A stretch of DNA of 64,000 nt from Opitutales bacterium. GTDB taxonomy: Bacteria > Verrucomicrobiota > Verrucomicrobiia > Opitutales > UBA2987. The translations under genes and the position numbers were made by a program. A model generated the notes under the pieces. It ran no database searches. It saw nothing but the letters and a program-made list of their open reading frames with translations, and was not told the origin of the DNA. The stretch lies in assembly GCA_021772515.1 (NCBI GenBank), contig JAJFLU010000033.1:28106-92105 (forward strand), in the 5' to 3' direction. This document shows positions 61,998 through 64,000 of the stretch, piece by piece (the stretch's first letter is position 1; every line of letters starts with the position of its first letter).

Positions 61998-63311
61998 TTG
62001 GATATGGATGAGCTTACTTATTATGAGACTTTGGATGGTCGGGAGAATGCCTACACTATCAATGCCCAATCGCTGAAGTTTGGGGCCGGGGTGTTGGCGG
62101 AGTTGGGGCCGGATGCCGTTCGGCTGGGGATGAAGCGGGTGGCTTTTTTTATCGATAAAAATGTCGATGGGACGGAGCCCGCTGCGTTGGCAAAGGAGTC
62201 GTTGCGGCGGGAGGGGGTTGATTTTGAAATGTTTACCGAGAGCCGTGTCGAGCCGACGGATCGGTCGATATTGCTGGCTGGTGAATTTGCCCAAAAGGGC
62301 GCTTTCGATGGTTTTATCTCGCTGGGCGGGGGATCGGTCATCGATACGGCCAAGGCGGCCAATTTGCTGGCTTCTTACCCTGATGATTTGATGGCTTATA
62401 TTTATGCTCCTCTGGGCGGGGGCAAGGCGATTCCGGGGCCTGTCATGCCGCATATCGCCTGCCCGACGACATCGGGAACGGGGAGCGAAACGAGCGTGGT
62501 CTCGATTTTTGATCTGGAGGAGAGGCGGGTAAAAGCGGGGGTGGCTTCGCCGCTGCTGCGCCCCACCCTTGCGGTGGTTGATCCGACGACGACCCACAGT
62601 ATGCCGGCGGGGGTGGTGGCGGCGACGGGGTTTGATGTTTTGAGCCACGCGATCGAGTCTTACACGGCACGGCCATTCAGCAGTCGACCCCGTTCGGAAA
62701 GCCCGGATAAACGTCCCCCTTATCAGGGCGCCAACCCGTATGCCGACATCGGGAGCCTGGCGGCAATCCGTATTGGGGGGCGAAATCTGGTGCGGGCGGT
62801 GAATGATCCGGAGGATCAACAGGCACGGCATGAGCTAATGTTTGCGGCGACTTTGGCGGGGCAGGCTTTCGGCAATGCGGGGGTGCATATTCCGCATGCG
62901 ATGGCGACGTCGGTCTCGGGGCTCAGGCATACCTATCGGGCCAGTGGTTATGAGTGCGAGCATGCGATGGTGCCGCATGGGATTTCAGTGGTTCTGAACA
63001 CCCCGGCGGTTTTTCGTTTTACGGCTCCGGCAGCGCCTCAACGGCATCTGGAAGCGGCGGCGGCGCTGGGCGCGGATGTCGATGGGGCCGATCCGAGTGA
63101 GGCGGGTCTTGTCCTGGCGGGCGCGATGATACGAATGATGAAAGAAACGAGGCTGCCCAATGGGTTGAAGGAAGTCGGTTATAGCGAGGAGGATATCCCG
63201 GCGTTGGTGAAAGGAGCGATTGCGCAAAAGCGGCTTCTGTTGATCGCTCCACGGGAGGTAACCGAGGAAAATTTGGCGGAATTGTTTAAAAAAGCCCTGC
63301 GTAACTGGTAA
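61998..63311 (+). CDS. Iron-containing alcohol dehydrogenase family protein (hydroxyacid-oxoacid transhydrogenase-like)
   Basis: LGGGSVIDTAKA, CPTTSGTGSE, GFDVLSHAIESY and HGISV are Fe-ADH metal and nucleotide motifs. The 437-aa length and N-terminal extension resemble the HOT subgroup. Confidence 0.8.
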   Translation: MDMDELTYYETLDGRENAYTINAQSLKFGAGVLAELGPDAVRLGMKRVAFFIDKNVDGTEPAALAKESLRREGVDFEMFTESRVEPTDRSILLAGEFAQKGAFDGFISLGGGSVIDTAKAANLLASYPDDLMAYIYAPLGGGKAIPGPVMPHIACPTTSGTGSETSVVSIFDLEERRVKAGVASPLLRPTLAVVDPTTTHSMPAGVVAATGFDVLSHAIESYTARPFSSRPRSESPDKRPPYQGANPYADIGSLAAIRIGGRNLVRAVNDPEDQQARHELMFAATLAGQAFGNAGVHIPHAMATSVSGLRHTYRASGYECEHAMVPHGISVVLNTPAVFRFTAPAAPQRHLEAAAALGADVDGADPSEAGLVLAGAMIRMMKETRLPNGLKEVGYSEEDIPALVKGAIAQKRLLLIAPREVTEENLAELFKKALRNW

Positions 63312-63408
63312 ATTGGCGAGCGGCTTCGGTGTCCATTAAGCGTAGCAAGGTTTTTCAGTCTGCCGCGTCTAAAACTGGAAAATACGGGTAATGTTTTTAT
63401 AGAAAAGT

Positions 63409-63945
63409 TTGGTAATGTCTGATTTTGAGAAAAAAACTGAAACGGCCACCTTTGGGGCGGGCTGTTTTTGGTGTGTGGAGGCGATTTTTAAGCGTCTGGA
63501 GGGAGTGGTTTCATTTACTTCGGGTTATATGGGCGGCGATACGGAGAATCCGACCTATGCGGAAGTCTGCACGGGCCAAACGGGTCATGCAGAAGTGGTT
63601 GAGGTGGTTTTCGATCCGACCAAAATCTCCTATGAAGAATTGCTGGATGTATTTTGGCAGTTGCACGATCCTACGACGCTGAACCAGCAAGGAGCGGACC
63701 GTGGAAGCCAATACCGGTCGGTGATTTTTTACCATTCGGAGGCGCAGCGGGTGGTCGCGGAGAAGTCGCGGGATGCCGAGAATTTATCAGGTCGGCAGAG
63801 GTCGGTGATTGTGACGGAAATCACTGCGGCAACGGAGTATTTTGTGGCCGAAGATTATCATCAGGACTATTATGACAACAACCGGGGGGCACCCTATTGC
63901 CAGATAGTGATTTCGACGAAGTTGGCCAAATTGGGGATGGATTGA
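63409..63945 (+). CDS. msrA: Peptide-methionine (S)-S-oxide reductase MsrA
   Basis: ATFGAGCFWCVEA, GYMGG and GHAEVVEVVFDP...YHQDYY are MsrA hallmarks. The probable start is the ATG two codons in. Confidence 0.9.
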   Translation: MVMSDFEKKTETATFGAGCFWCVEAIFKRLEGVVSFTSGYMGGDTENPTYAEVCTGQTGHAEVVEVVFDPTKISYEELLDVFWQLHDPTTLNQQGADRGSQYRSVIFYHSEAQRVVAEKSRDAENLSGRQRSVIVTEITAATEYFVAEDYHQDYYDNNRGAPYCQIVISTKLAKLGMD

Positions 63946-64000
63946 CCGGGGGGGGTTGGAATCCGTTTATGCCTTGCGGTTTGGGAATGGTTTTTTGCGT

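Noticed and set aside
61905-62831. A 308-aa minus-strand ORF rich in R/P/H/Q, antisense to the Fe-ADH gene.
   Set aside because: It has a low-complexity composition and matches no family. It lies fully inside a plus-strand ORF that carries clear Fe-ADH motifs, so it is a typical shadow ORF.

Overview
This is a densely coding 64-kb window that looks chromosomal and comes from an unidentified bacterium. By eye it is mid-GC, with AT-richer patches near 5.3-6.6 kb, 42.85-43.4 kb, 51.6-53.9 kb and 59.0-60.1 kb; nothing was computed. The gene content points to a ferredoxin-centred, anaerobic or facultative metabolism. A PVC-type origin (Verrucomicrobiota, Kiritimatiellota or Lentisphaerota-like) is only a guess. 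From left to right the window holds: (1) acid-sugar catabolism, comprising an Fe-ADH fragment, a DapA-family lyase, a DUF1537 kinase, a PdxA2-like dehydrogenase, an SSF transporter, and an ALDH plus a TarD-like enolase-superfamily dehydratase; (2) a secreted beta-helix protein and a decayed transposase; (3) a long minus-strand electron-transfer operon, rnfB, a 1644-aa PFOR, rnfC-D-G-E-A, a small Cys-rich membrane protein and a plant-type FNR; (4) a LeuCD-like / family III CoA-transferase / HMG-CoA-lyase-like / IPMDH-like operon of unassigned function; (5) a complete MtaB/corrinoid-protein methyltransferase island with a RACo activase, DUF1638, two UroD-family proteins and a stand-alone homocysteine-domain Zn methyltransferase, with a 273-bp MITE wedged between two convergent stop codons; (6) a KorAB-type 2-oxoacid:ferredoxin oxidoreductase followed by an 817-aa cofactor-less PFOR paralogue that keeps only a C-terminal ferredoxin module, which is the most novel-looking item; (7) two decayed tRNA 3' fragments; (8) an NfeD/NfeD/FloA membrane-microdomain operon, queG, a GIY-YIG nuclease and an enolase-superfamily enzyme; (9) a DarT-DarG cassette flanked by 83-bp direct repeats and a MITE fragment, inserted into the 5' end of a kelch-repeat gene; (10) thrC, a CBM9/DUF5916-like protein, a RelE-type TA pair, and housekeeping genes (PEP-mutase family, Fe-ADH, msrA). 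No rRNA, intact tRNA or CRISPR array was recognised. Start codons are often uncertain, and family names come from recalled motifs, not from searches.
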